64,000 nucleotides of DNA from Clostridia bacterium (GCA_016293975.1 JAEDCW010000001.1:24069-88068), one strand, 5' to 3'; counted from the first letter of the stretch, positions 46,835-56,126 are shown. A program made the numbers and translations. The notes: a model not told the origin generated them from the letters alone.

Positions 46835-47374
46835 ATGGAACAGCTTACACGAGTACAGCTAAACAGCAAATACTACGCAGGTTATAAGGCGATAGACATA
46901 GGTGTGCGCATTTTTGTAGGCCTGTTACTCGCCTGTATCGTTATGTTCGTTCTGTTCAGACCCATGGTCATAGCGGGCGACGGCATGAATCCCGCACTCG
47001 CAAATGGCGATACGGTACTCGTAAGCAGGCTCGCCCCACTCCTCACAACGCCTAAGCGCGGAGAGGCCGTAGCGTACCAAAGAGGTGATACCGTATACGT
47101 CGGCAGGATCATCGCCTCTGAGGGTGAATCCGTGCAAATGGTAAACGGATATGTGTACATAAACGGGGAACTTCTCGACGAACGCACATATGTGGAGATA
47201 AGTGAGGGCAATTTCAGTGAGCTTACCGTAGGCGAGGGCGAGGTGTTTGTACTCTGTGACAACAGAGCCCTTGCAAGCGAGGACTCGAGTTCTCACCTGG
47301 TAAAATACGATGACCTTTGGGGCGTAATCCGCGTGAGGATATATCCCCAGTTGAATATATTCGGCGCAAGCTGA
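46835..47374 (+). CDS. Signal peptidase I paralog lacking the Ser/Lys catalytic dyad
   Basis: Same architecture, but box B is GDGMNPAL (Ser to Gly), box D is VGRIIASEGE (Lys to Gly), and box E is CDNRALASEDSS. Confidence 0.75.
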   Translation: MEQLTRVQLNSKYYAGYKAIDIGVRIFVGLLLACIVMFVLFRPMVIAGDGMNPALANGDTVLVSRLAPLLTTPKRGEAVAYQRGDTVYVGRIIASEGESVQMVNGYVYINGELLDERTYVEISEGNFSELTVGEGEVFVLCDNRALASEDSSSHLVKYDDLWGVIRVRIYPQLNIFGAS

Positions 47375-47406
47375 GATATTAAGCACAAGCATTGTCGACA
47401 TTGAGC

Positions 47407-47442
47407 GGAGCTTTGTATGGATTTATGCAAGCTCCTTTTTGT
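47407..47442 (+). terminator. Intrinsic terminator ending the seven-gene operon
   Basis: GGAGCTT-N15-AAGCTCC, then T5GTT. Confidence 0.7.
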
Positions 47443-47610
47443 TCACACGATTCCACCGCACATGCTCGGCCAACATACCACTTTCTTCACAATGAGCATA
47501 TGGCAGCGCGAGATATATATTCGCTTTAAATGCGCGGATTTTACAGACATTTCACAGTATTCTCAATTAAAACAGCCATCGTTATTCTTCCGATTGATGG
47601 TCCTATGTAC

Positions 47611-47639
47611 TTGTACATACGTGTTAAAAGTGATAAAAT
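47611..47639 (+). promoter_or_regulatory. Candidate sigma-A promoter of the 5'-nucleotidase gene
   Basis: TTGTAC-N17-TAAAAT. Confidence 0.5.
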
Positions 47640-47679
47640 CATAGTATCCTTAAAGGAAAATACTAACAGGAGGCAGATT

Positions 47680-49284
47680 ATGAAAAAGAGAATTTTCGCA
47701 TTCATTATTGCGCTCATCATGGTAGCTGTTTTGATACCTGCAGCATCAGGCGCAGTAGAAGGTGACTATGCAGGCAAACTCGTCATTTTGCACACCAACG
47801 ACGTCCACTCGAGAATCGATGAGAACCTCGGTTACGCCGCTGTATCCGCACTCAAGAAGGAGTATGAGGATGCAGGCGCAGATGTTGTTCTGCTCGATGC
47901 AGGCGATACTATCCACGGCTTGCCCGTAGCCAATCTCTATCAAGGCGAGTCCATCGTCAATATCATGAACGCCGTCGGTTATGACTACTTCACACCCGGT
48001 AACCACGACTTCAACTACGGTTACAACCGTCTTTTGGAGCTCGAAGATGTTGCGACATTTGGGATGCTCTCAGCCAACCTCAAGTATGAGGCGGACGGCA
48101 CAAATGTACTCAACGCCAACGACACATTCGACGCTGCAGGCATGAAAGTCGGTATATTTGCCCTTTCCACACCTTCAACAAGCTACATGACCCATCCCAA
48201 TAACGTTGCGGGTCTGACATTTGCAGATTGTATCGAGACTGCCGCCGCTCAGGTTGCAGAGCTCCAAGCCGAAGGTTGCGACTTCATCATTGCTCTCGGA
48301 CATATCGGTCTTTACAGCAATGCCGGCATAATGAGCGATGAAATCTGCGAGGCAGTCGATGGCATCGACCTCTTCGTAGACGGTCACAGCCACAGCGTTC
48401 TCGAAAACGGACTTGAAGTTAACGGTTCACTCATTGTAAGCACAGGTGATTATCTGAAGAACATCGGCGTAGTCGTAGTAGACCCCGCCACACAGACTGT
48501 TGAAGCTTCACTCGTGAGCGCAGAGTACGAAGGCATAGACCTCGGTATCGTAGCGATGATAGAGGAACTCCGTGCGGAGCTCGATGTAGTCCTCCAGGAG
48601 GTCGTAGGTCAAACACCCATAGAGCTCGACGGTATCCGTGAACACGTTCGTACACGCGAGACCAATCTCGGTAACCTCGCAGCAGACGCCATCAGGTTTA
48701 TTGCAAATGCCGACGTGGCCGTTACAAACGGTGGCGGTATCCGTGCTTCCATCGATGTCGGTGAAATAACACTCGGCGAAGTAATCTCCGTATTCCCCTT
48801 CGGTAACTATGTAGTAGCCAAGGAAGTAACCGGTCAGGATATCCACGATGCACTCGAGCATGCCGTTAGGGTTTACCCCGAGGCCAGCGGCGGCTTCCTG
48901 CAGGTTTCCGGTATGGAGTTCACATTCTACTCCAACAGAGAAGCTTATGACAGAGTAGATCCCGGGAACATACTCATCGGCGGCGAACCCATTGACCTCG
49001 AAGCTACCTACATTCTGGCAACAAACGACTTCCTCGCAGCAGGCGGTGACGGTTTCGAAACACTCAACGGCAGAACAGTCAACGAGTATCCGGGCATGGA
49101 CGAAGTTCTTATCGACTATATCAGCATGCTCAACACATTCGATCCTTACATCACAGTTGAAGGTAGAATCACTGTTGAAGAAGCAGTCATCGATCCGCCC
49201 AAGACCGGCACGATCGCACTCACAGCGGCCGCTATCATCTCAATGCTCGGCGGCGCGGCAATCGTAGTTTGCAAGAAGAAATAA
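47680..49284 (+). CDS. Cell-wall-anchored 5'-nucleotidase / metallophosphoesterase
   Basis: AGGAGG-N6-ATG. Signal peptide, LHTNDVHSRI and GNHDF metallophosphatase motifs, and a C-terminal 5'-nucleotidase domain. A PPKTG + hydrophobic + KKK sorting signal follows. Confidence 0.8.
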   Translation: MKKRIFAFIIALIMVAVLIPAASGAVEGDYAGKLVILHTNDVHSRIDENLGYAAVSALKKEYEDAGADVVLLDAGDTIHGLPVANLYQGESIVNIMNAVGYDYFTPGNHDFNYGYNRLLELEDVATFGMLSANLKYEADGTNVLNANDTFDAAGMKVGIFALSTPSTSYMTHPNNVAGLTFADCIETAAAQVAELQAEGCDFIIALGHIGLYSNAGIMSDEICEAVDGIDLFVDGHSHSVLENGLEVNGSLIVSTGDYLKNIGVVVVDPATQTVEASLVSAEYEGIDLGIVAMIEELRAELDVVLQEVVGQTPIELDGIREHVRTRETNLGNLAADAIRFIANADVAVTNGGGIRASIDVGEITLGEVISVFPFGNYVVAKEVTGQDIHDALEHAVRVYPEASGGFLQVSGMEFTFYSNREAYDRVDPGNILIGGEPIDLEATYILATNDFLAAGGDGFETLNGRTVNEYPGMDEVLIDYISMLNTFDPYITVEGRITVEEAVIDPPKTGTIALTAAAIISMLGGAAIVVCKKK

Positions 49285-49307
49285 GTTTGAACAATACCAA
49301 CACAAAG

Positions 49308-49341
49308 AGGCATGGCTTCCGCCATGCCTTTCTTATTTCTT
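49308..49341 (+). terminator. Intrinsic terminator after the nucleotidase gene
   Basis: AGGCATGGC-TTCC-GCCATGCCT is a perfect 9-bp stem, followed by a T-rich tract. Confidence 0.8.
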
Positions 49342-49421
49342 TCGCAAACAGCTCTGTTCAATGAGCAATCGCCAGACCCCTCTGCCATCAAATCAAATGT
49401 ATGCGGAAGTCAAATACAAAC

Positions 49422-49442
49422 AAAAAGACCGCAGAAACGGCC
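49422..49442 (-). terminator. Intrinsic terminator after the AEC transporter gene
   Basis: Minus strand: GGCCGT-TTCT-GCGGTC (two G-U pairs), then T5. Confidence 0.5.
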
Positions 49443-49464
49443 TTTGACAATGCCATTAATCTGT

Positions 49465-50460
49465 CTACAATAGTGAAATCACAAACATAAGCAACGGCAC
49501 GACCACAAAGCAGGCGAGCGTCGTAAGGCTCATACCCTCCGCAAGGTGCTTTTCATCCGCACCGACATTTCCCGCAACTACTACGGCTTGGGTCATAACG
49601 GGCATTGCACTTTCAATAACAAATGTCTCGCGCGCAATTCCGCCTACGCCCATGAGTGCGCACAGCCCGAGCGTTATCGCAGGAGCGATTAAAAAACGTA
49701 TCACCATCACGGCAGACAGTCCCCTGTCAATTCTTATATTTCTTATGCCTCCCTCGCAGAGCAAAAAGCCTACATAGAGCAGAGCGAGCGGCGTAACTAT
49801 GCCGCTGAGATACGACGACAGGCTCAAAAGCAGTTTTGGCGGCTCAAAGCCTATGAGAAACAGCGGTATAAACACGGCTATTGAAATGAGCGGCGGCGTA
49901 AGCAGCTTTTTTAACTCAACGTGTCCCCCGTTTCCCTCGCCCGACCTCATAAGCAGATAGTTGCCGAGCGTCCAGAATAGCGTCGTGTTTACTATGTAAA
50001 AGAACATCACATACATGACGGCTTCGTCCCCAAAGAGCCCCTTGCACATGGGCAGCCCCACGAATATCGTGTTTGAAAGCGAACACATCACGACAAACCC
50101 GCCCTCCCTGCGCTTTTCAATTTTGAGCAGTCGGCAAAGCAGTATCGAAAACGCAATCGATATGAGCATTGAGCCCAGCGGCAAAAGCAGATAGTAGCCC
50201 ATTGAAGCTATCGATTCACGCGTAAAGTTCGAGAATACGTTATTGAAGCACAATGCAGGCATACCCACGTTGATTATCAGTTTTATTATAAGGCCCTTGT
50301 GCTCGGCTTTCATCCAGCCTTTTCGGCCAAAAAGATAACCCACAGCGACCATCAGCACTATCACGAGCACCGAGGAGAGGGATGTGAACAGCGTATCCAA
50401 ATATCGTACCCCCATAAATACGGGGTGGACATAGAAGCCCACCCCCGAAACATCTATCAC
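49465..50460 (-). CDS. AEC (auxin efflux carrier) family transporter
   Basis: About 10 TM helices with an N-terminal ...VLVIVLMVAVGYLFGRKGW... typical of the family. The start is uncertain (GTG at 50460 or ATG at 50415); no clear SD. Confidence 0.7.
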   Translation of the reverse strand: MIDVSGVGFYVHPVFMGVRYLDTLFTSLSSVLVIVLMVAVGYLFGRKGWMKAEHKGLIIKLIINVGMPALCFNNVFSNFTRESIASMGYYLLLPLGSMLISIAFSILLCRLLKIEKRREGGFVVMCSLSNTIFVGLPMCKGLFGDEAVMYVMFFYIVNTTLFWTLGNYLLMRSGEGNGGHVELKKLLTPPLISIAVFIPLFLIGFEPPKLLLSLSSYLSGIVTPLALLYVGFLLCEGGIRNIRIDRGLSAVMVIRFLIAPAITLGLCALMGVGGIARETFVIESAMPVMTQAVVVAGNVGADEKHLAEGMSLTTLACFVVVPLLMFVISLL

Positions 50461-50464
50461 TTTG

Positions 50465-51805
50465 TTATTTTATACACTTACACTCGAGGTAGTAACGCTT
50501 TTCGTTCGCCTCGCCCATCGAGAATGTCTTTCTGGGAAGTGCTCCGTCAAAAACAACCGTCCTAAAGAGCGCACTCTTGTGCATGGGGGGAAGCAGGAAT
50601 CCCATGTTACCCGGCTTCATACCCAGGTCATACACTACGTCAGCGCCGTGGATGTAGTCTATTGTAATGCCGGAAAGCTCCTTGAGCGTTGCATCGAGTG
50701 CATTCTGTAGAGTGCCGACCTCGAGCTGTGCTGTGGGGTTATGTACCTCAAAGAAACCGTATTTGCCCTCAATGCAGAACGGAAGCAGATGTGCGCCGTC
50801 CTTTGCGTGCTCCGCCATAGCCATCTCGCACTTTTCGAGTGTATCGTAAGACCTCATCTCACAGCCGTCGTTGTCGCATGCGAGCTTTTCGAGCAGGTAA
50901 GAAAGTACCTTATCTGTGTCGCAGTTGAAGAGTACTCTGTGAATCGGCTCGAATATAATTCCCTCGTCGTGTACATTCTCGATCTCAACCAACGCATAAC
51001 GAGCGGGATGATTCTCGATCTCCTCGGGCTTGAGCGTAGCCTTTATGCGCTCCCAGCTCGCCTTGGCTGTAGCAAAGCTGTGGTTACCGTCGCCCATTGC
51101 GAATACCATTACGGGCTTGTCACCGTATTTTGCGGCAAAATCAGCGGGATCTGCGAGCTTTTCGACGGCCTTGATTGTGTCTTCAATCGTCTTCTCGGAA
51201 TCTACAAACCAACCCTCGATATGTCCGCCGTCCTGCATCAGCTCAAAGTCATACAGCTTTTTGAGCTCGTCCGACTTTGCCATGAGAGGCTCGATGACTG
51301 TGCGGTTCGGGTCGTCAATCAGCACGATGATGTGCGGCATTTCAAGGGGTGCGTTCTCTCTTATTCTGAGACGCGGCGGAATACGCTCTACGATAGTGCC
51401 TTCCGTTGCACGGATGAGGGTATCCGAACCCTTTCTGTAATCGTAGCACTCGAGGTCAAGTGCCATGATGAGGCCGTGACGAACATTACCCGCAACGCTC
51501 CTGCGAATGAGCACGAATCCCTGACCGCGATTTACAAGAACGCCGTCCCTTACATACTCGTCCATGCAGTTGTTGATCGCCTTAATCCTGTCGGCCTCGT
51601 CGGGCTTCTCAAGATACATTTCGGGCAGCATCAGTCTGAGTGCAGAGGGTGCGTTGCCTGCGATGTGATCGGTCTCCTCCCAATATTCGGGCTGGGATGT
51701 ATACTGGTCACACGCCACGACTGCCCACTTCGTCAAATCGACATTGTCATTGGGCATCAGCAATTCGGGAACAAAAACGCCTACGCTGTTTGTATATTTT
51801 CTCAT
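50465..51805 (-). CDS. DUF1015 domain protein
   Basis: 446 aa from the ATG at 51805 (GGAGGAATTT-ATG). The overall pattern, including ..AMGDGNHSFATAK.., resembles DUF1015. The longer ORF to 51913 crosses a terminator. Confidence 0.6.
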   Translation of the reverse strand: MRKYTNSVGVFVPELLMPNDNVDLTKWAVVACDQYTSQPEYWEETDHIAGNAPSALRLMLPEMYLEKPDEADRIKAINNCMDEYVRDGVLVNRGQGFVLIRRSVAGNVRHGLIMALDLECYDYRKGSDTLIRATEGTIVERIPPRLRIRENAPLEMPHIIVLIDDPNRTVIEPLMAKSDELKKLYDFELMQDGGHIEGWFVDSEKTIEDTIKAVEKLADPADFAAKYGDKPVMVFAMGDGNHSFATAKASWERIKATLKPEEIENHPARYALVEIENVHDEGIIFEPIHRVLFNCDTDKVLSYLLEKLACDNDGCEMRSYDTLEKCEMAMAEHAKDGAHLLPFCIEGKYGFFEVHNPTAQLEVGTLQNALDATLKELSGITIDYIHGADVVYDLGMKPGNMGFLLPPMHKSALFRTVVFDGALPRKTFSMGEANEKRYYLECKCIK

Positions 51806-51903
51806 AAATTCCTCCGTAAAGGTTTTATTGTTATTAGAATACATCAAAATACAGACAGGGTCAACGCATTTGGGCATTGCAGTCAAGTATATTCTAAGCA
51901 ATG

Positions 51904-51933
51904 AAAAAGGCACAGGCAGATACCTGCGCCTTT
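51904..51933 (-). terminator. Intrinsic terminator after the surface-protein gene
   Basis: AAAGGCGCAGG-N6-CCTGTGCCTTT (10 of 11 bp), then T-rich on the minus strand. Confidence 0.7.
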
Positions 51934-51945
51934 AGCGGTTAATCG

Positions 51946-53466
51946 TTAATCGAGAGGCATACGCTTTTGTCTGTTCGTGGGATTTGAATGCCTGTTCCTT
52001 GCCTTTTTGCGGTTTTTCTTTTCCATCATAACCAGACATATAAGCACCACTGCGGATATGCACGTCAGCACCACGAGTACCGTAAATATGGTCGAAAGCG
52101 TGTTTGTAAGCGTCGTGTTAATCGTCTTGCCTATCTCACCGATACCGCCGTCAGGCGTTGGTGTGGGTTCCAGCCTTTCAAATGGTTTCTGAGCGCTGAG
52201 TGATGCAGTGTAGGTATATGTGTTGCCCGCCTTGTCGTCAAAGTTCAGCGTGAAGTTGAGCATACGCTCCTCTTCTACAAACACGGTTACAGGTATCTCC
52301 ATAACGCCCGGGTCCAGCTGAGGTGTCTTATAGATCTCCCCCATAAGCTCCTCGCTCAGTACTATGTTCGAGAACACCATTGTGCCGTTGTTGTTGAGCT
52401 TAAAGAGTATATCCATTGAACCCTCGCTGTTTACGGGGCTCTTTACGTCAGCGGTAAACTCAACCTTTACAAGTGCTGGATCGACGTACTCCCTTACAGT
52501 ATAGGTCTTAGTCCTATCGCTGTATTCGGAGCCGTTTGCTGTAGTTCCCGTAATCCTGAAGTATACGTTTACGGTCTCCTGCGGCACGATCTTATATGTG
52601 AGCACCTTTTGCTCGCCTATCGCAAGCGTAAATGACTCCTCGTTTAGCTTGTTGCCGTCCTGGTCCTTGACGTTTATGTTCTTTATCTTCTGGTTGCCGT
52701 CGTTTGTCAGTGTTAATGTAAAAGTAACGCCGTCGGGTGTGCTGATTCCCTGCTCGACTACCACGTCGATTGCGGCATTTACCATACCCAGCGTGAGCTG
52801 ATCTCCTGTGTAGGTACTCTCGGTCTCGGAACCATCGAGCATGTACTTGAGTACCGGTTCACTTATAACGGTGGCATTTCCCATCGTGTATACGTATTCT
52901 ATCTCGTGCGTCTGACCGGGCTCAAGCCTAAGTCCCTCTATAAGGGGCTGTCTTGTGATCGCCTTATCCTTCAGCGAAATCTCGCTTGCGCCGACCGTGC
53001 CAAGGTTTCTTATAGTGTAATTGAGCGTTATAGTCTCGCCGGGCTTTGCGTTTGTCTTGCTCGCGGTGCGCTTCACGGTGATGAGAGCTATGTCCGACAT
53101 AGTTATCACGGCGGTAGCTTCACTGCTCTTTGTTTCACCGTTTTCTGTCCATGTAACGGTAAAAGTAAGCGTCTCGCCTATCATGTCCCTTGATACTACC
53201 ATGCGCTGCTGATAGGTATGGCTTTCTCCGGGCTCAAGTGTAGGCTTATCTATGGCAAACGTCAGTCCATGCCCCGAAATGGATATGTGCTCCATGGGGA
53301 ATGTCGAGTCGTTATTGACACTCACAGATACGTCTACGGGTCCCTCTTCACTCAGTGATGGGGGATTTATCGTAACCTGTATAATTGCGGCAAACGAACC
53401 TACGCCTACAAGTAGCGTAGCGAGAGCTACCACTACCCCGGCAATGCCTCTGATCGCTTTTCTCAT
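51946..53466 (-). CDS. Tail-anchored surface protein with 4-5 Ig-like (CARDB/DUF11-like) repeats
   Basis: Signal peptide MRKAIRGIAGVVVALATLLVG. Modules of about 100 aa each carry an L(E/D)PG(E/Q) beta-sandwich signature. C-terminal TM plus a KKNRKKARNRH tail. The ATG at 53466 is preferred. Confidence 0.55.
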   Translation of the reverse strand: MRKAIRGIAGVVVALATLLVGVGSFAAIIQVTINPPSLSEEGPVDVSVSVNNDSTFPMEHISISGHGLTFAIDKPTLEPGESHTYQQRMVVSRDMIGETLTFTVTWTENGETKSSEATAVITMSDIALITVKRTASKTNAKPGETITLNYTIRNLGTVGASEISLKDKAITRQPLIEGLRLEPGQTHEIEYVYTMGNATVISEPVLKYMLDGSETESTYTGDQLTLGMVNAAIDVVVEQGISTPDGVTFTLTLTNDGNQKIKNINVKDQDGNKLNEESFTLAIGEQKVLTYKIVPQETVNVYFRITGTTANGSEYSDRTKTYTVREYVDPALVKVEFTADVKSPVNSEGSMDILFKLNNNGTMVFSNIVLSEELMGEIYKTPQLDPGVMEIPVTVFVEEERMLNFTLNFDDKAGNTYTYTASLSAQKPFERLEPTPTPDGGIGEIGKTINTTLTNTLSTIFTVLVVLTCISAVVLICLVMMEKKNRKKARNRHSNPTNRQKRMPLD

Positions 53467-53581
53467 CCTATGTCTCCCTTTCGTTAGTTGACTGTACACA
53501 GCACACGACAGCATATTATACATACATAAAGGTCAAAGCGCAATCGATGCATCAAAAAATTTACAGCTTGTTAAAAAACGG

Positions 53582-54871
53582 CTATATGATTTCGGCATCC
53601 TCCTGCTCAACCTTGAGCTTTTTTTCCGGATCGACCCTGACAAGCAGTTTATCGACCCTGTGACGCATAACGGTTTTTACGGTTATTTTCACATACTCGT
53701 ACTCAAATGTATCTCCGGGCTTAGGGTATCCGCCGATCATTTCGACTGCCCAGCCTCCTACCGTAGCGTTATTGTCCTCAAACTCGTCCTCGTCAAGCTC
53801 CATCTCGTCGAGGAAGTCGTATATGTTCATATCTCCATCTATGACATACGTATTTTCGCCGAGCTCTTCTATCTCCTCTTCGATTGTATCCGACTCGTCC
53901 CAAATATCACCTACGAGCTCTTCAAGCACGTCCTCCATCGTTATTACACCCATCGTACCACCGTATTCGTCGGTTACTACCACCATATGGCACTGCTCCT
54001 TCTGCATCTTGTCGAGCACCTGCGGCAGCAGCATGGTCTTGTGTACGAAAGTGGCGGGCATTACCGCGCTCCTCACGTCGAGATGTTCTCCCCTTGCAAG
54101 GAGCTTGAGCGCATGGTTTAGGTGCAGTATGCCTATGATATTATCTATCGTATCCTCGTATACGGGTATTCGGGTGTACGGCGACTCGGTTATCGTCTTT
54201 ATAATGGTTGCGTAGTCGTCGTCTATGTCGATTGTTACGAGGTCTATCCTGTGCGTCAGCACTTCAAACGCCTCTACCTCATCGAACTCGATAGAATTCT
54301 GGAAAAGCTCGCTCGAGCTCTCGTCGAGTACTCCCTCGTCCTCTGCCGTCTCAAGCATTATCTCGAGGTCATCCTCTGTAACGCTCGGGCCCTCCGATAC
54401 CTGTTTCTGCCAAAGCTTTGATACGAGCTTTAAAAACAGCAGTACGAGCCATACGGCCGGATAGAGCAGTATCATAAGTATTCTGAGGGGCAAAGCGGTT
54501 ATGACAGAGAAGCTCTCTGCGGCTGCCGACGCCACTACCTTCGGAAGTATCTCGCCGAAAGTGAGTATGAGCAGAGTCATCACAACCGTCGCCACCCACT
54601 CGTAACCCGCAGGCAGCAGGTGCATAACTATCAATGTCGCAATCGACGAAGCAGCTATGTTTACGAGGTTATTTCCTATTAAGATAGTGGACAGCGCTTG
54701 GTCATACTGTTCCTTGTTCTTTACCGCTAACCTACGGCAAAGCGTATTCTTATCGGCTGTACCCGATTTAAGCCTTGTGAGGCTCGCAGAGGCATATGAC
54801 AACTCGGTACCGGAGAAGAACGCCGAACAGCATATCAGAAGAACTATAGCTACGTAATTAAGCCATTCCAT
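53582..54871 (-). CDS. CNNM/hemolysin-family protein (DUF21 + CBS pair + CorC_HlyC)
   Basis: A four-TM DUF21 N-terminus, a CBS pair, and a C-terminal CorC_HlyC segment (..TVGGWAVEMIGGYPKPGDTFEY..). Confidence 0.8.
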   Translation of the reverse strand: MEWLNYVAIVLLICCSAFFSGTELSYASASLTRLKSGTADKNTLCRRLAVKNKEQYDQALSTILIGNNLVNIAASSIATLIVMHLLPAGYEWVATVVMTLLILTFGEILPKVVASAAAESFSVITALPLRILMILLYPAVWLVLLFLKLVSKLWQKQVSEGPSVTEDDLEIMLETAEDEGVLDESSSELFQNSIEFDEVEAFEVLTHRIDLVTIDIDDDYATIIKTITESPYTRIPVYEDTIDNIIGILHLNHALKLLARGEHLDVRSAVMPATFVHKTMLLPQVLDKMQKEQCHMVVVTDEYGGTMGVITMEDVLEELVGDIWDESDTIEEEIEELGENTYVIDGDMNIYDFLDEMELDEDEFEDNNATVGGWAVEMIGGYPKPGDTFEYEYVKITVKTVMRHRVDKLLVRVDPEKKLKVEQEDAEII

Positions 54872-54872
54872 A

Positions 54873-55952
54873 CTATTCCTCCTGACCTATGGATTCGTCT
54901 CTGTCCTCGGAAGGATCGTCCTCGTCGTATATCTCGCCTACGAGTTCCTCGAGAATGTCCTCGACCGTTATGATTCCGACGGGTTTTTTGTCCGCCCCTG
55001 CGACTATTGCGATGTGCGTCTTGTTTGCGCTGAGCTTTTCAAGCAGGTCGTCTATCGGATCATCCGGCGCTACGATAAACGGAGTATCCATCGCAGTCTT
55101 TATCTTGAGCTTTCCCGATGTGCGGATATAGGACTTGAGGAAGCGCCTTATGTGCATGATGCCTGCCACAGCGCCTGTGGGGTCGGTCACGGGAAGTCGC
55201 GAATGTATGCTCCCCTCAACAACAGCAAGCATCTCTGCCGGTGTCATAGTCGTGCTAAGCGTCTGCACATCGTTCCAAGGCGTGAGCACGTCGCTTACCA
55301 CACTCTCTTTATAGTCGAGCGCAGACTGCAAAAGCTCTCCCGTCTCCTCGCCCAACGCACCTTCTTCTATACTCGCCTCGATACTGTCGTAAAGCTCGTC
55401 CTCGGTAACGGTGGGAAGCTCCTCCTCCGCAGTTGCCACGTGAGACGCTATACTGCCGCTGAACTTATTGAATAGTATTGTCATGGGCGTAAGCAGCTTC
55501 ATCAGGAATATGAGCGAGCCTGCAACCGCGAGCGCAAACCTCTCGTTGCACGCCTTTGCGTAATACTTCGGAAGCATCTCTGAAATCAAAAACACTATTA
55601 CCGTCGTGACCATAGTGGCAATAGAAACCGCGCCGTCGCCCCAGGTAACCACGGCGATAACCGTAGATATGGTGGCACAGCCTATATGCATAAGGTTATT
55701 TCCTACGAGCAGTGTGGCAAGTGCTTTGTCAAAATTGTCGAGAATATAGAGTACACGCTTGGCTCTTTTGTCTGAATCCTCCGCAAGACTCATCATCCTG
55801 ATTCTGTTTGTAGAGGCAAGTGCCATCTCAGCGCCGGCAAAGTAAGCTCCCCCAAAAATCATCAGAATATAACATACTATGAGTACCGCAACTGACGACG
55901 GTGATACCGAAGTGTTTGCAATTAACAAGGGTATTGGACTGTCCGCGTCCAT
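54873..55952 (-). CDS. CNNM/hemolysin-family paralog (DUF21 + CBS pair, no CorC_HlyC)
   Basis: The same N-terminal architecture. It ends in an acidic tail directly after the CBS pair. One nucleotide separates it from the paralog. Confidence 0.8.
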   Translation of the reverse strand: MDADSPIPLLIANTSVSPSSVAVLIVCYILMIFGGAYFAGAEMALASTNRIRMMSLAEDSDKRAKRVLYILDNFDKALATLLVGNNLMHIGCATISTVIAVVTWGDGAVSIATMVTTVIVFLISEMLPKYYAKACNERFALAVAGSLIFLMKLLTPMTILFNKFSGSIASHVATAEEELPTVTEDELYDSIEASIEEGALGEETGELLQSALDYKESVVSDVLTPWNDVQTLSTTMTPAEMLAVVEGSIHSRLPVTDPTGAVAGIMHIRRFLKSYIRTSGKLKIKTAMDTPFIVAPDDPIDDLLEKLSANKTHIAIVAGADKKPVGIITVEDILEELVGEIYDEDDPSEDRDESIGQEE

Positions 55953-56126
55953 TATCTATCCATCTCCTTATAATAATAAAGTGAAAGTATTATATCATTT
56001 AACAATACCCCGCGCAACTATGTGCTTACAGCCTCGAAAAAAACAAAAGATTTCGCACAAATGCAAAATATATGGTAAAATAAATTTTCAAACGGCTCAA
56101 ATCGCCCCATTCGGCACAGAAATAGC

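Noticed and set aside
47417-47644. 75-aa ORF in the spacer before the nucleotidase gene
   Set aside because: It starts inside the upstream terminator, has no SD, has a hydrophobic and Cys/Phe-rich junk-like sequence, and overlaps the predicted promoter.
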